Source: Thermoprotei archaeon (GTDB lineage: Archaea; Thermoproteota; Thermoprotei; Thermoproteales; B15-G16). Taken from it: DNA of 64,000 nucleotides. A program made the position numbers and the translations under genes. Below are positions 49,665-59,998 of this stretch, piece by piece (position 1 is the stretch's first letter; each line of letters opens with the position of its first letter). The stretch spans positions 128,001 to 192,000 of the forward strand of contig QMRC01000002.1 of the NCBI GenBank assembly GCA_003649205.1, given 5' to 3'. The notes beneath the pieces were generated by a model. That model did not search any database. It was not told where the DNA came from and saw nothing but the letters and a program-made list of their open reading frames with translations.

Positions 49665-50723
49665 TTTCCCTATCGAATGTAACCTATCTAGTACGGAATC
49701 AACTAACCTACCTGGATCTCTACGTGGATCAGCTGCTGGTAAACCAATCTCCCTCTCTATTTTCTCACACATCTCTAGAATCTCATCTCTAGATCTACCG
49801 TATCCCATAATCGATATCGCTACTACCTTACTTGAGGGAACTAGGAACTCTATAGCTCTTATCTCTCGTATAAGAGGCTCCATGGGTACAGTAAATCCGT
49901 CTCTGAACTTCCTCCATGGATCGTGTGCGAGAATGACAGCATCAGGCCAACAACCGTAGAGTATGGCTACTGAGACCTGGCCATATGCAGGGTGGAGAAC
50001 TGAAGCCTGTCCCTCAACGAGTACCGGATTGTAACCTTCCTTATCTAGCTCGAGTACGTGAAGCTCAACAACACCTGGACAGAAATCTGAGGGAACTGCA
50101 TCGATAACGGTACCTCTATGAGCACCAACCATTATCATGGTTTGACCAGTACCAACAACACCAACTCTGTAACCACGTTTCTCAAGTTCACTACACACCT
50201 CAAGTACAGTAACGTTCTTACCAACAACACAGTCAGTACCAGCAATCAGTACACGACCACACCTTGTCTTCCGAACATCACCAGACCATATACGAAGTAG
50301 TTCCCTCCTCGGCTTCCTAACATCAACAATCCTGACGCCATGCTCACTAGCTAACTTCGAGAACTCAGGGTCCTCACTCAAGAAGTAGTGAAGACCACTC
50401 CATATCTCGAGACCACACTCAATAGCTCTCCTAATTACAGCTCTATGATGTTCAGGAAGAACACCACCAATAGTAGCTACACCAACGATAAGGACTTCAG
50501 GTCTATACACCAGAGCCTCATCTAGAGAAGCAACAACAGGAATACCTAGCTTACTCAAACCAAGAACCTCACCAGCATCACGACCGGCGTACCTACTGTC
50601 TATGACAGCAACAATGTCGAACTTCCTGCCACTGTACATAACGAGTATGTTAGCTGTCTTGCCAGTAAGTGAACCTAGGAAGCCCTCAGCTAGGATAACA
50701 GCTCTCTTACCCATAGACTGCAT
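49659..50723 (-). CDS. DUF1611 family (DgcN-like N-acetyltransferase)
   Basis: SGLH, GTDCVVGK, TGQT, DAVPSDF, EGQAS. Confidence 0.9.
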   Translation of the reverse strand: MQSMGKRAVILAEGFLGSLTGKTANILVMYSGRKFDIVAVIDSRYAGRDAGEVLGLSKLGIPVVASLDEALVYRPEVLIVGVATIGGVLPEHHRAVIRRAIECGLEIWSGLHYFLSEDPEFSKLASEHGVRIVDVRKPRRELLRIWSGDVRKTRCGRVLIAGTDCVVGKNVTVLEVCSELEKRGYRVGVVGTGQTMIMVGAHRGTVIDAVPSDFCPGVVELHVLELDKEGYNPVLVEGQASVLHPAYGQVSVAILYGCWPDAVILAHDPWRKFRDGFTVPMEPLIREIRAIEFLVPSSKVVAISIMGYGRSRDEILEMCEKIEREIGLPAADPRRDPGRLVDSVLDRLHSIGKL

Positions 50724-50869
50724 GTAACTTACACAACATATAAGACTTTACCTAAGTATCAGGATCAACTACACAAGTGTAAAAGAAATTTAAGACACAT
50801 AGGTACCTAGTTCAAGGTACAGCAACCTATTTAAACAACTCCTCAACACCACACGTAGGTGATTAACCT

Positions 50870-51427
50870 ATGTGCCCACTTAGACCAGGTAGATGCTATA
50901 GGCACTTTAGTGGACCACCATACACTAGGCTAGAGTACATACCAGGTGCACCACAGGTACAAATACCAAAGTTCGATCTAGGTAACGTAAATGGTAAGTT
51001 CGAGGTAGTGGTAAAGCTCGTAGCTGAGGAAAACGGTCAGATAAGAGCAAACGCACTTGAAGCAGCGAGACAGATGGCTCATAAGTACTTAGCATCTAAG
51101 ATAGGTGAGCAGAATTACCACCTAAGGTTAGTCACGTATCCACACCACGTACTTAGGGAGAACAAGATGTTAGCTATGGCAGGTGCAGACAGACTTCAGG
51201 AAGGTATGAGACTTGCATTTGGTACTCCAGTTGGTAGAGCAGCTAGAGTCTACAGGGGTAGTGTAGTGATGTATGTGAGGACTAGAAAGGAGTACATAGA
51301 TCATGCAAAGGAAGCACTGAGAAGAGCATCCTCAAAGATATCCATACCGTGTAGAATAGTTGTTGAAGAGCTATCAGAACCAAGAGGACCAGAAGGAATA
51401 GTTGGTTTCGTGAAAGTAGGTAGTTAG
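50870..51427 (+). CDS. rpl10e: 50S ribosomal protein uL16 (L10e)
   Basis: [40 protein letters not shown]. Confidence 0.98.
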   Translation: MCPLRPGRCYRHFSGPPYTRLEYIPGAPQVQIPKFDLGNVNGKFEVVVKLVAEENGQIRANALEAARQMAHKYLASKIGEQNYHLRLVTYPHHVLRENKMLAMAGADRLQEGMRLAFGTPVGRAARVYRGSVVMYVRTRKEYIDHAKEALRRASSKISIPCRIVVEELSEPRGPEGIVGFVKVGS

Positions 51428-51438
51428 AGTTTCCTACC

Positions 51439-52842
51439 TCACTGACCAACCTTAATTAACTTGTACCTCTCGTAGATTAGCTCTACAGTACCATCTTTAA
51501 TGTAGAATTCAACGTAGAACTTCCTACCCCATGAAGTGGTGTAGAATATAGCTCTCTCCTCACTTAACTCAATAGGTATTAGAGGTACAATGCTCTCCGT
51601 GTACCTATCTCTACGCTCTACATACAGGAAGTCACCACGTTTCCTAACGTAGAGCTTCATAGTACCCCTGTACGTCTCGTACGTACCCTCAAGTCTTTCA
51701 AGCAATCTCTCAGTTCTAATGAATGGTAGCTCCTTCTCAGGATCTCTACCCATCATTAGTGCGAGAGCGTACATCCCTATGTTTGAGAGCGGGTAACCAG
51801 ATGCATTAGCTAGTACTGCAACACCTATCCTCTCCTCCGGTACATAACCAATAAATGCGGTGTAGACCAGAACTGAACCACTGTGCTCAATCAATCTCCT
51901 ACCTAGGAAGTTCTTGTGAATGATTAGTCCGTACCCATAGTACTCCTCACCAAGAAGCTCAAAAGGTAGCTTTACATGTGGTTTCTCCATTAACTCTATC
52001 ATCTCTTTGCTGAGTACCTGTACATCACCTAACTTACCACGGTTAATGTACATCATTAAGTATCTCGAGAGATCCATTACATTGCTGAGTAAACCACCAT
52101 CAGCAGTTACACCATAGGGGAACTTACTAGCTATGTACCTACCCTCCTTATCCAGTATGTATGGCGTAGCTACGTCTGGGTCCTTCTCGACATCCTCCTT
52201 ATGGAAGTACGTTCTCTTCATACCGAGAGGCTCCAGAATTCTCCTCTTGACATAGTCCTCATACCTCATACCACTGACCCTGGAGATTATATACCCCAAC
52301 AGTACGTACCCTTCATTGAGGTAGAAGAACTTCTCACCAGGTCGTGAAACAGCCCACTTCTCTGAATCCCTCATGAATGAAATCACGTCCTCAGGTGAGG
52401 CTAGTGGTAGCCAAGTAGTATCGAGACCTAGTACACCAGATATGTAGGCTTCAGCATAGGCTAGTGCTGGGAGACCTGTCGTGTGAGTTAGGAGGTGGTG
52501 AACCCTTATTGGTTCTCCAAATGGCTTTATATCGAGAGGAACGTACTTACTCACAGGATCATCGAGAGATAGTTTCCCCTCCTCAACTAATTGAAGAGTA
52601 GCTATTGCTGTGAACGACTTAGTTACAGAGCCAATACCGTAGATTGTGTGAGGTGTTGCGTGTAGACCTTGATCCACATCTCTAAATCCAAATCCACGAG
52701 CATAGATAACCTCGCTATCCCTAACTAGAGCAATACTGAGACCAGGAATCTTTGTCTTAGCTATCTTCTCCAATATGAAAGACTCTAACTTACCTATATC
52801 TATGGATACCATGGTCTGAACCAAATTACAGGTTATAACCAC
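51439..52842 (-). CDS. beta-lactamase-fold serine peptidase (Pab87-like)
   Basis: GSVTK (SxxK), LLTHT, YLN (YxN), HSG, C-terminal FY..IYERY domain. Confidence 0.9.
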   Translation of the reverse strand: MVITCNLVQTMVSIDIGKLESFILEKIAKTKIPGLSIALVRDSEVIYARGFGFRDVDQGLHATPHTIYGIGSVTKSFTAIATLQLVEEGKLSLDDPVSKYVPLDIKPFGEPIRVHHLLTHTTGLPALAYAEAYISGVLGLDTTWLPLASPEDVISFMRDSEKWAVSRPGEKFFYLNEGYVLLGYIISRVSGMRYEDYVKRRILEPLGMKRTYFHKEDVEKDPDVATPYILDKEGRYIASKFPYGVTADGGLLSNVMDLSRYLMMYINRGKLGDVQVLSKEMIELMEKPHVKLPFELLGEEYYGYGLIIHKNFLGRRLIEHSGSVLVYTAFIGYVPEERIGVAVLANASGYPLSNIGMYALALMMGRDPEKELPFIRTERLLERLEGTYETYRGTMKLYVRKRGDFLYVERRDRYTESIVPLIPIELSEERAIFYTTSWGRKFYVEFYIKDGTVELIYERYKLIKVGQ

Positions 52843-53118
52843 ATAAATAAAGATCTACCCTTTCACCAGATCTTCAGAACTCATAGCTAACACCATACAC
52901 ACCCTTATCCTAGTAACAGCACGTCCTACAACTAATAGGAGCATTAATGTACTTACTCAAGGACTAAATTCCACATACTAAGAGCAACTCTAGACATAAT
53001 ACTCGCAAACGAATTGAAGAGGTGACAACACTCGTAGAGGGTATGTACGGTAATGTGAACCCTACGCGTCAAGTAATTACTGGGTAAGAGATGAGAGCTA
53101 GTGATGAGACTCGCCCTA

Positions 53119-53168
53119 TCAGCTCCGCCGATTATCTTCACCACTCAGGGCAGCGAAGACTCATCACC
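53119..53168 (-). ncRNA. box C/D sRNA
   Basis: GTGATGA-GTCTTCGCTGCC-CTGA-GTG-GTGAAGA-TAATCGGCGGAG-CTGA. Confidence 0.85.
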
Positions 53169-53337
53169 GGATGAGGATACAGCCGAAGGGGGAAAATAAA
53201 CTTCACCAATGCTTGAGTACAGGTAGGTAAACTATATAGGTGAAGAAAGTAGGTTGCTTAGCGCTTTACTTCACGCTAGTAACCTAGCCAGGATTATGTG
53301 CTAATCTTTATCTTTATGCCGATAAGTATTGTAAAGT

Positions 53338-53697
53338 ATGAGAGCACCGTGTGAATACATATCAAGGTTAGTGATACCAGCTATCAGGGCGCTAGTAGCT
53401 GCATACCTAGTGAAGGAGTATAAGCTCTCACAAGTCGAGATAGCGAAGAAGCTAGAAGTCACACAACCAGCAATAAGCTATTACCTGCATTCGAAGAGAG
53501 GTAAGCAAGCACTTGAATTACTTAAGAGCGATGAAAGGGTAATGAAGTTAGTGAAGGAACTAGCTGAGCACTTACGTAGTAATGAGAGATCATCTACGTT
53601 CCAAAAGTTCATATGTGAGATATGTGTCTACATAAGAAGTTCTGATGACTTATTTTCCGAGATAATGTCTCTAATGGACAGAAGGATGAGTAGGTAA
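53338..53697 (+). CDS. HTH transcriptional regulator
   Basis: PCE..VIPAIRA..LSQVEIAKKLEVTQPAISYY..KRG..CEIC. Confidence 0.9.
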   Translation: MRAPCEYISRLVIPAIRALVAAYLVKEYKLSQVEIAKKLEVTQPAISYYLHSKRGKQALELLKSDERVMKLVKELAEHLRSNERSSTFQKFICEICVYIRSSDDLFSEIMSLMDRRMSR

Positions 53698-53802
53698 CCT
53701 ACTTTGAACTCCTTACACGGATAAGCTATTGCAAGTTAAACTCTCCTATTTACTTCGACGATAGACTTATAGATATTCACAATTTTTTCAAAAGTTACAG
53801 CA

Positions 53803-54666
53803 CTACGTAAGTAACTCATCCATACTACCACTTCTGTATCCAAGTAGGTCCAGAGTAACGTACCTATACCCCAGCTTCATGAGCTCTCTGGCTACCCTGT
53901 CCATGACTTCACAGTTAAAGAACTTCCACCTCTCATCCCTTCCAACTTCAATTCTAGCTATGTACCCATGATCACGAACTCTAATCTGAGCAACACCTGT
54001 TAACTCTTTGACAATTCTCTCAGCTTTGGCTATTCTCCTCAGTCTCTCTAATGTAATAGCTTCACCATAGGGAATTCTCGTTGCAAGACATGCCATGGAT
54101 GGTCTATTCCAGTTAGGTAGCTCAAGCGCTCTCGCTAGTTCTCTAACTTCATCCTTTGTCACACCTACTTCAGCAAGTGGTGACTTCACATTCTCCTCAA
54201 GTAGAGCGCGGTAACCAGGTCTACGGAGCTTCAAGTCGCTAGCATTAGTTCCATCAACTACAGCTATCGCACCAAATCTAGTAGCGACTTCCTTCATGCT
54301 CCTAATGAGCATCTTCTTACAGTGGTAACACCTATCAGGTGTATTACGAATGAACTCAGGATCGTTCAATACATTAACCTCAATCATTACGTGTCTAACA
54401 CCTAAGGAGCTAGCTACCTTCCTAGCCCACTCTAGATCTTCAGGTGGTTGAAGAGGTGATGTACATGTAACAGCAATTACATTATTCAAACCGAGAGCTA
54501 GAATAGCTACCTTCAAGACAACAGAACTATCTACACCACCTGAGAAGGCAATAATGATAGGTCCACCACACTTTCTAAACCAGTTAACTAAGTTCCTGAA
54601 CTTACTGAGTAAATTACTGCTTAATCTAGCTTCAACCTCCGTAATAGCTACACACATGGATTTCAA
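53803..54666 (-). CDS. larE: ATP-dependent sacrificial sulfur transferase LarE
   Basis: AFSGGVDS, RCYHCK, DGTNASD..RPG, CLATRIPYG, GYRSGSM. Confidence 0.9.
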   Translation of the reverse strand: MKSMCVAITEVEARLSSNLLSKFRNLVNWFRKCGGPIIIAFSGGVDSSVVLKVAILALGLNNVIAVTCTSPLQPPEDLEWARKVASSLGVRHVMIEVNVLNDPEFIRNTPDRCYHCKKMLIRSMKEVATRFGAIAVVDGTNASDLKLRRPGYRALLEENVKSPLAEVGVTKDEVRELARALELPNWNRPSMACLATRIPYGEAITLERLRRIAKAERIVKELTGVAQIRVRDHGYIARIEVGRDERWKFFNCEVMDRVARELMKLGYRYVTLDLLGYRSGSMDELLT

Positions 54667-54726
54667 CCACAGGTACAGTACCTAAGAGTATATGAACGAG
54701 CTTTTAAATATCTGAGTTACTAATTC

Positions 54727-55098
54727 ATGAGGGCTGGAGGTGTAGTGATGAGTAAAGACCAGGTAATTGGAATAGCTCTACTAATAGCGTCAATAGTGGT
54801 AATTCTAGTGTATGGTTACTTAGTCTTCTTTCCACCACCGCTCTACGTTATGGGTGTTAGTGTAGATATCTTCGTCCTAAAGCTAACAGGATTCATAGCG
54901 ATACTAGCTGTCTTCGGTATCATGGCGTGGATAGGGTATACACTAGCTACAACACCGCCACCAAAACCAATTGAGGAAGTAGAGAAGGAAATTGAGGAAG
55001 AGCTCAAGAAGTTAGAGGAGGAGTTGAAGAAAGAGGAGAAGAAGGAAGAGGAAAAGAAGGAGGAGAAAGCAGCAGAGGAAGGAGAGAAAACACAGTAA
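54727..55098 (+). CDS. conserved archaeal two-TM protein with acidic tail
   Basis: WIGYTLATTPPPKPIEE followed by E/K-rich tail. Confidence 0.85.
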   Translation: MRAGGVVMSKDQVIGIALLIASIVVILVYGYLVFFPPPLYVMGVSVDIFVLKLTGFIAILAVFGIMAWIGYTLATTPPPKPIEEVEKEIEEELKKLEEELKKEEKKEEEKKEEKAAEEGEKTQ

Positions 55099-55116
55099 GT
55101 GAACTAGGTACTCACC

Positions 55117-55944
55117 CTACATATGCGCAATCTCGTGTATTGAAACAACCTTCACTCTTCGTAGTAATAGTACATTCCCGAGTAGTAGAGCTATGTACCA
55201 CAGCATGAGAGAGAACAATGCTAACCTCAAATCAACTAGTTCAATCTCTGCACCACCGAAGAAGTACTCGAAGTACCTACCTATCGGTGGTACCTTACCG
55301 AGGAATGTGTAGCACACTATGGATGCATAGGCATGGAATGGATTCACGTAGGTAGCTACTACACCGAAGTCTGTCCAGAGAGCTGCGTACGCTACAAATG
55401 CTATCATTAGTGGTAGCATAGCGATGAAGGTTAAGCTCTTGGGTTTACGGATGGCGAAGACTAGTAGACCTAGATCGTACGAGAGTAGGTGTGCTAGAAT
55501 GCCACCCATGACCAATGCGCCAAAGAGCATTAGTGGGTACTTCGGCACTACCCATACCCTGTACTTAATCCATGTAATAACCATTGTTGAGATGTAGAAT
55601 ATAGCTAAGATAATCAGAAACACGACTAAGTTAGCTGCGAAATCCTCTATAGCGTACCTCCTAGGACTTAACTTCGTGAACTTCGTTACATATCGTGCAC
55701 CTGCTATCTGAAATGCGGAAGAGTAGGTCAATGATATAGCTACAGAAGCTGCTGCTATCAATCCTAAGAATGCAAATGCAGTTGCAGTATTTGTTTCGAC
55801 ATACTCTATCGGTACCTCACCTCCCTCCCTACTGAAGACAAAGAACCACATTATGAGCCAGAACTCTACGAAGAATACCGACCAAAACAATAGGTGCTTA
55901 TTCGTTACCAAGGACTTAACCTTTAGCTTCAGGAACAAAGTCAT
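55117..55944 (-). CDS. ABC transporter permease
   Basis: About six TM segments; overlaps the ATPase stop. Confidence 0.75.
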   Translation of the reverse strand: MTLFLKLKVKSLVTNKHLLFWSVFFVEFWLIMWFFVFSREGGEVPIEYVETNTATAFAFLGLIAAASVAISLTYSSAFQIAGARYVTKFTKLSPRRYAIEDFAANLVVFLIILAIFYISTMVITWIKYRVWVVPKYPLMLFGALVMGGILAHLLSYDLGLLVFAIRKPKSLTFIAMLPLMIAFVAYAALWTDFGVVATYVNPFHAYASIVCYTFLGKVPPIGRYFEYFFGGAEIELVDLRLALFSLMLWYIALLLGNVLLLRRVKVVSIHEIAHM

Positions 55945-56738
55945 GAACTCACCTCCATAGCTAACTCATATACCCTGTCAAGAGTTATGAGATCTGTCAA
56001 GGCCTTACCCTCACCAGTCTCAACAATACTGAATTCCCTACCACTTATAGTGAATGTGAGTAGTGCCTCCTCTACCCTATTCGGAACTAATTTACTACGC
56101 TGTAGCTTCTCGACGTCAATTCTACCGTAGACTCTACCCTCGAACATCAGGTATGCAGACCATGTACGTAGAGCAGGTATGAGCCAAGTCTCATGTGTAC
56201 TAATGATGATGGTACCTCTGTACTCAGTAATCTTCTTGAGGAGCAGAGCCTTCCTAGCTGGATCAAGCTGCTCAAAAGGCTCATCTAATACTACATGCTT
56301 TGCGCAAGAACACAGAGCTAGTACACTTGTCACAATCTTTCTTTGACCAGCAGATAACTCCCATAACTTTCTCCTATTGATATCCCTAGGCTTAAGACCG
56401 AATTCCTCAAACATAGCTAGTGCCTGATCTAAGTCGCCACCTGTTAGATCCATGAATAACCTAGCTAAATCCCGAACACTAACTCCTAACATGGCGTAGA
56501 CATCCTCTACATTCGTAGCCACTAGTCCTGGTTCGCCATATATACTACGTAGATCCTTACCATCAATCACCACTCTACCACTATCAATAGGCACTAGACC
56601 AGTGATTACCTTGATTAATGTCGTCTTACCAGAACCATTAGGTCCTAGGAGCAGGTGCTTTGAGTCAAAGACACAGCTAATTCCGTGAAGGACTTCCTCA
56701 CCATCGTACCCAGCATGTACCTCCACCAATTCTATCAT
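55941..56738 (-). CDS. ABC transporter ATP-binding protein
   Basis: GPNGSGKT, LSAGQ, LDEP, STH. Confidence 0.93.
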   Translation of the reverse strand: MIELVEVHAGYDGEEVLHGISCVFDSKHLLLGPNGSGKTTLIKVITGLVPIDSGRVVIDGKDLRSIYGEPGLVATNVEDVYAMLGVSVRDLARLFMDLTGGDLDQALAMFEEFGLKPRDINRRKLWELSAGQRKIVTSVLALCSCAKHVVLDEPFEQLDPARKALLLKKITEYRGTIIISTHETWLIPALRTWSAYLMFEGRVYGRIDVEKLQRSKLVPNRVEEALLTFTISGREFSIVETGEGKALTDLITLDRVYELAMEVSS

Positions 56739-56805
56739 ACTTTAACCTCGAACTAGAGTTGGGTACTAACCCCTTAAAAAGTGGATGGATATCTCCTAAA
56801 TTGTC

Positions 56806-56907
56806 GTGAAGGTAGTGGTCTGTGGTAAGGGTGGTACTGGTAAATCGTCGACGGCTGCTCTTAACGATATTAGTACCATAGTGAATAGGTTACTGTCAGT
56901 ACGTTAG
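56806..56907 (+). pseudogene. CooC/MinD-type ATPase remnant
   Basis: MKVVVCGKGGTGKSSTAAL then a stop after 33 aa. Confidence 0.6.
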
Positions 56908-56942
56908 ATGTTCAGCGAGATTGATTGTATTTGTAAAGAAAT

Positions 56943-57063
<121 letters not shown>

Positions 57064-57161
57064 TCTTCACGAATTGGTGCCTACATGGGGTATTTATCAT
57101 TATCTTCTTTAACTTACTTTGCTCCTGCTGTGTGTAGCTGCTTTAGCTAAGTTTAAATCTC

Positions 57162-57839
57162 GTGTGTACCTTCCTCACATGGTCTATGAGTGAGGTATCT
57201 GTGGTATCACTTGACTTTGCAGGAACTATAGCTCCTAAGGACTTTATTGACTACTTCTGGCTTACATTGATTCCTAAGTTCTACTCTCTTAAGTATGGTG
57301 TTGGTATTGAGGAGGCTTACAGGTACGTAATTTCGGAGTACGAGAGTGTTAGTACTGATGATGTTAATTGGTATCTTCCCAACTATTGGCTTGAGAGATT
57401 TGGTCTCATCGAGTATAGGGACGTGATGCTGAGTATGCTCAATGACTACGTTACTGTGTATAGTGAGGTTCCTACTGTTCTCACTAAATTGAGGGAAAAT
57501 GGTATTGAGATTGTTATTGTGAGCAATACAGCTATTGAATTCATTGATGTCTTCTTCAATAAGTATGGTGAATTGAGGAAGTTTTTCTCTAAGGTGTATT
57601 CATGTGTTTCGCACTTCGGCATACCACGTAAGTCAAAGGAGTTTTACTTGCGAGTTATTGAAGATCTCGGTGTGAAGCCCTCTAATGTAGTTCACGTCGG
57701 TGATGATGTAGTCTATGACTTTGAGGTACCTCGTTCACTAGGTATTAAGGCGTACCTACTTGATAGATCTGGAAAGAGAAAATCTCCCCTCACAATTAGT
57801 TCTCTTACAGAGTTGCTTGATCTAGTGCTGAAGAAGTAG
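57162..57839 (+). CDS. HAD-superfamily hydrolase
   Basis: LDFAGT, IVSN, HVGDD..DF. Confidence 0.88.
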   Translation: MCTFLTWSMSEVSVVSLDFAGTIAPKDFIDYFWLTLIPKFYSLKYGVGIEEAYRYVISEYESVSTDDVNWYLPNYWLERFGLIEYRDVMLSMLNDYVTVYSEVPTVLTKLRENGIEIVIVSNTAIEFIDVFFNKYGELRKFFSKVYSCVSHFGIPRKSKEFYLRVIEDLGVKPSNVVHVGDDVVYDFEVPRSLGIKAYLLDRSGKRKSPLTISSLTELLDLVLKK

Positions 57840-58403
57840 TAGCATTCCATGGACTATGCAGTAGAGCGCAATGGAAATCAGTGCTACTGCAGCTACTGTG
57901 GTTACGTACCTTCTATAGCTAGTTAGTACACTCGATATCTGGGATGCTGCTAGGAAGCTAAGTACGTCGACGAGGGTGAGTGCTGTGAAGGTCGCTAGGA
58001 ATACCTCGAGTACTCTCCTACCTATTAGACCGAGTGTAATTGAGGTTATCTGCGTCTTATCGCCTAACTCCATTAATGTGAAGACTACAGGTAGCTTACC
58101 CAGGTTACCTACTAGAACTCCTGAACTCACTTCTTTAAAGCTCCTAGCTAGTAGGTACGTCAGGTAGATACCTGCTGAAAGTTCGAAGAGACCCTGTACT
58201 TGATGAGGTAGGTTAAGTAGTAGCTGTACGAGGATAGCATTTACTGTGGATACAATGAGTATGGAGAGGAGTAAATACGTGAGCGCTCTCCAAGTTTTAC
58301 CTCTGTGGACTAGACCGAGAGCTATAGCTGTTAGCTGAGTCTTGTCACCTAGCTCCATTACAGCTATGGACGATGTCAGTACTAGGTACGTAGCTACATC
58401 CAC
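57822..58403 (-). CDS. UPF0016/GDT1 (TMEM165) transporter
   Basis: Two ELGDKTQ motifs. Confidence 0.92.
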   Translation of the reverse strand: MDVATYLVLTSSIAVMELGDKTQLTAIALGLVHRGKTWRALTYLLLSILIVSTVNAILVQLLLNLPHQVQGLFELSAGIYLTYLLARSFKEVSSGVLVGNLGKLPVVFTLMELGDKTQITSITLGLIGRRVLEVFLATFTALTLVDVLSFLAASQISSVLTSYRRYVTTVAAVALISIALYCIVHGMLLLLQH

Positions 58404-58503
58404 CTAAGTCACCTTATCAACCTCAGGTACCTAAGCTACTTCTCTTTTTCTGCAAGACAACCTTATCACAGAGTTTGACCTAACATCTAGATGGGTTTTA
58501 GTA

Positions 58504-59997
58504 ATGAGTTACTGTACACGCATACTTGAGGGTATTGGGACAGAGATCGGTTTTGTAGCAAGTGGAGCAACTGCGTACGCAGTACCTGTTGTCATCAGCA
58601 AGAAGTACGAGCACATGATATCAGATGAGCAGCTCGTGATAATTCACGATACACACTACCCAAGTACTCTCTTTCTCGGTGTATTGAGGAAGTTGACGAG
58701 GTATGAACCGTTTCTCCGTGAAAGGGTAAGAACTGTCTATGTAGATTACCCAGAGCTGATTAGTGAGAGCGAGCTCTACACTTTTACCAATGTAGTAGCT
58801 CTCCTCTACGCTGAGCTAGATACCAAGGAAGGGGTTGCTCATGAATGTATTCACGCTCCATTCCCTGGATCAAAGGTTTACCTAGTTGAGAGAGGTGAGT
58901 ACTTGAGTAAGTTCCTAAGGGTCAATAATGCTCTTGAGGTTGGAGTACATAAGTTCAGTGATTGGGTACTACCACTTGATCCAAAGTACTTAACATATCA
59001 CGTAGGTGTTTTTGGTGCTACTGGAACAGGTAAGTCACGTCTCATAAAGGCTCTCATAGATGAGATCCTTAAGAAAACTGACTACTCGGTAATAGTGTTT
59101 GACCATACAGGTGTTGACTACGTTCCCTTCTATCGAGATTACGTAGTACCTTCAGATACCATTAAGATATCTCCTCCACTCATAGCATCTGTCATAGCTA
59201 AGCTAGCTAACCTATCTTGGAGTACCTATGGGGATTACCTCGAGATTACGTGTATGGAGTACGTTACCGGGGGTAAGAGAAGTAGTAAACAAGTTCAATT
59301 ACAGAGTATTTGCCGGGAAGTCAATAACGGTATCGTCCTTGGGGGTTGTTGGAGTAAGAAGAAATTCATTGAGAAATTAACTGCGAACATCACGAATCTG
59401 GGTGGTAGGAGAGCTACTGCTAGGAAGGCTGAGCTATTCATCGACTACTACCTAGATGATTCGTTCTTTGACTCACTCAATCAGAGGGTTTTACCTCCAA
59501 AGTACATTGTTGAGAAGGCTCTTCGTGAGAGATTGGTTGTTGTCGATTTGAGTAGGGATAGAGAGCTTGCTATCAAGCAGGCTATAGTTAAGGACGTTAT
59601 GGAGGAAGTATGGAGGTTAGTGAAGGAGTATCAGAGACCTGTTAAGGTGGGTATTGTCATTGATGAGGCGCAGAACTATGTGTCTGAGGAGTGGAGTATC
59701 TGTGGTGATGTAATCGAGACAACTGTTAGGGAGGGTAGGAAGTGGCAGTACTTCGTAATTCTCGCTAGTCAGCGAGTTGCTAGAGATATTCGACCGTCGG
59801 TTAGAGCTAACTTGGGTACGGTATTCTTCTCAAGGTTACAAGCAACTGGTGATCTACGTGAACTAGGTGGGTACCTCGATCTTGGCGGTGTGACTGAGGC
59901 TTCACTAGCTCAGTTAGGTACTAGGGAGTTCTTCGTTGCTGGCCTCATGAATCCACTACGTAGACCAATACTCATTAAGGTACGAGAGGTGAGCTAG
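58504..59997 (+). CDS. HerA-like ATPase
   Basis: HAS-barrel-like N-terminus, HVGVFGATGTGKS, IDEAQNY, REGRK, ASQR. Confidence 0.88.
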   Translation: MSYCTRILEGIGTEIGFVASGATAYAVPVVISKKYEHMISDEQLVIIHDTHYPSTLFLGVLRKLTRYEPFLRERVRTVYVDYPELISESELYTFTNVVALLYAELDTKEGVAHECIHAPFPGSKVYLVERGEYLSKFLRVNNALEVGVHKFSDWVLPLDPKYLTYHVGVFGATGTGKSRLIKALIDEILKKTDYSVIVFDHTGVDYVPFYRDYVVPSDTIKISPPLIASVIAKLANLSWSTYGDYLEITCMEYVTGGKRSSKQVQLQSICREVNNGIVLGGCWSKKKFIEKLTANITNLGGRRATARKAELFIDYYLDDSFFDSLNQRVLPPKYIVEKALRERLVVVDLSRDRELAIKQAIVKDVMEEVWRLVKEYQRPVKVGIVIDEAQNYVSEEWSICGDVIETTVREGRKWQYFVILASQRVARDIRPSVRANLGTVFFSRLQATGDLRELGGYLDLGGVTEASLAQLGTREFFVAGLMNPLRRPILIKVREVS

Positions 59998-59998
59998 A

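Noticed and set aside
54960-55098. GAA/AAG purine tract
   Set aside because: Encodes the E/K-rich protein tail
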